DNA of 64,000 bases, taken from Phoronis australis (lineage: Eukaryota > Animalia > Phoronida). Position 1 is the stretch's first letter, and each line of letters starts with the position of its first letter. Of this stretch, positions 62,697-64,000 are shown in pieces. The DNA is taken from the NCBI GenBank assembly GCA_002633005.1, contig NMRA01000144.1:62001-126000 (forward strand), given 5' to 3'. The notes beneath the pieces were generated by a model. It was not told the origin of the DNA and made no database searches. It was given only the letters and a program-made list of their open reading frames with translations. A program made the position numbers and the translations under genes.

Positions 62697-64000
62697 ATTC
62701 TATTTTCACCTTCGATGACGTCAGCCGCGGAGGGGTGCAGTGGTAAAGTCGACGACCCGAATCCCTTGCGGCCTAGCGGGCTCGAAACCGGCTTCTGTTC
62801 CCTCCAAAATGTTATTTCACTAGTGAGATAACTAAATGGGTAATAGCGGAGTTGCAACACCGCCATATTGGAAATGGGTCAGAATGCTGCACTGTGGTTA
62901 AGCCGGTAAACAAGTACATGTACGTCGGCAAGCGTGGGAGCGAACTGGCCACAGGGAGGTTATACGTGTTGTGTGCCTGGCTGCTGTAATACCAGTTAGC
63001 GAGATAAAGAATTTAGTTACTACCTGTTTCCCAAGGACCAAGAACTGCGTTAACAGGGCAGACACATCGGTAGAGCTGGTAACAAAGGCCGACTTAGTGA
63101 ATTCTTTCCGACTTCGTACTGAGCATAAAGTATGCAACGCTTATTTTGAGGGCGGCAAGAAAACGTATCTCATTTGGAAACTGCCCAACAATATTTCCCT
63201 CAAAGAAACAGTAACAAATACTCCACAGCGGTTGGTAATGAAAAAAAACTTGTTTTCGCTTGACCAGAACCAAGCCAACATGAGCACTTTTGAGGATAAT
63301 CACGGCCTCTGCACAATCACCTGTTCTGGATCGACTCACTTGACGTACGCACACTTTTTGCATTAACGCGCTAAGATAAAGCGTGCAGAATATTATTTAC
63401 TTTCTATAAAATTGTGGTGCATTGCTATCAAAATTCGTTGTCAAATTACGATCATTTTCAGAAAATTGTGCTGAAATCCCAGGCGAAATCTCGCCGACAA
63501 ATGCGTAGCTGCCGGTCTCGCAATCGTCAATGGGGCTTGAATTCTTGAATAAGAATACAGCTTCGACTCAACAAACTACCTGAAATCCTCCGCAAGTTTT
63601 CCAAATAGATACTCCAAGATTTTAAGTTCTTATGGAGTCTGGATTAACTGCAAATTAAGTCCAAATCTGCGCTAGATTGTAACCCGCAACACGAGAACAA
63701 TCTCTGGAGGAACACACATGTTGTTGTCACGTGACGTTTGAAGTTTGTATGCGTGTGAGTGAGGGTAAGCGTGCGTGTGCTTATCATCAGAGTTCATTTG
63801 CCAGAGTAAATGCGATGTAATGATCTAGGTTTGCATTGTATCCAAAGAAATTAACTCAAGCAGTCAAGCAGAGCGTGTTTTAATATTTAGCTTAACACTT
63901 GCTGGCTTCATCTGCAAAAAAAAAACGTTCGAGAATTGTTTTAGTAAGACCGATAGCCTATGTCACTTACATGTATGAGTCGCCGGGTGAGTGGATGCGT

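Noticed and set aside
62971-63366. 131-aa ORF
   Set aside because: GTG start, no motif I recognise, and it lies in transposon-like sequence.

Overview
AT-rich, intron-containing eukaryotic DNA, most like a marine invertebrate (lophotrochozoan-type; inference). There is no prokaryotic content and no CRISPR. I assembled four spliced genes by hand. (1) The 3' end of a Thr/Ser-rich mucin plus Ly6/uPAR (three-finger) gene (+, <1-1814). (2) A complete 8-exon, 235-aa ankyrin-repeat gene (-, 5139-16151) with one GC-AG intron. (3) A complete 20-exon, 1099-aa Mesh/SUSD2/MUC4-type membrane protein gene: NIDO-IPT-AMOP-vWD-Sushi-TM (+, 20990-44977). (4) A discoidin/F5-8 type C gene (-, 47545-57271) whose 5' end is unresolved. 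A possible decayed melanoregulin-like gene lies at about 17.7-20.0 kb. Introns and intergenic DNA are packed with transposons. These include two copies of a TTAA-targeting, THAP-bearing Kolobok derivative that appears to be built from two 5' ends, a P-like element with 31-bp TIRs and a 7-bp TSD, and a Sola3-like element. There is also a group of CA..TG MITEs with 5-bp TSDs (one family carries a tRNA-derived Pol III promoter), BEL/Pao and Gypsy remnants, a SINE and a 30-bp minisatellite. The octamer TACATGTA is strongly enriched and appears as insertions in paralogous copies. All calls are from manual reading; no database searches were run.
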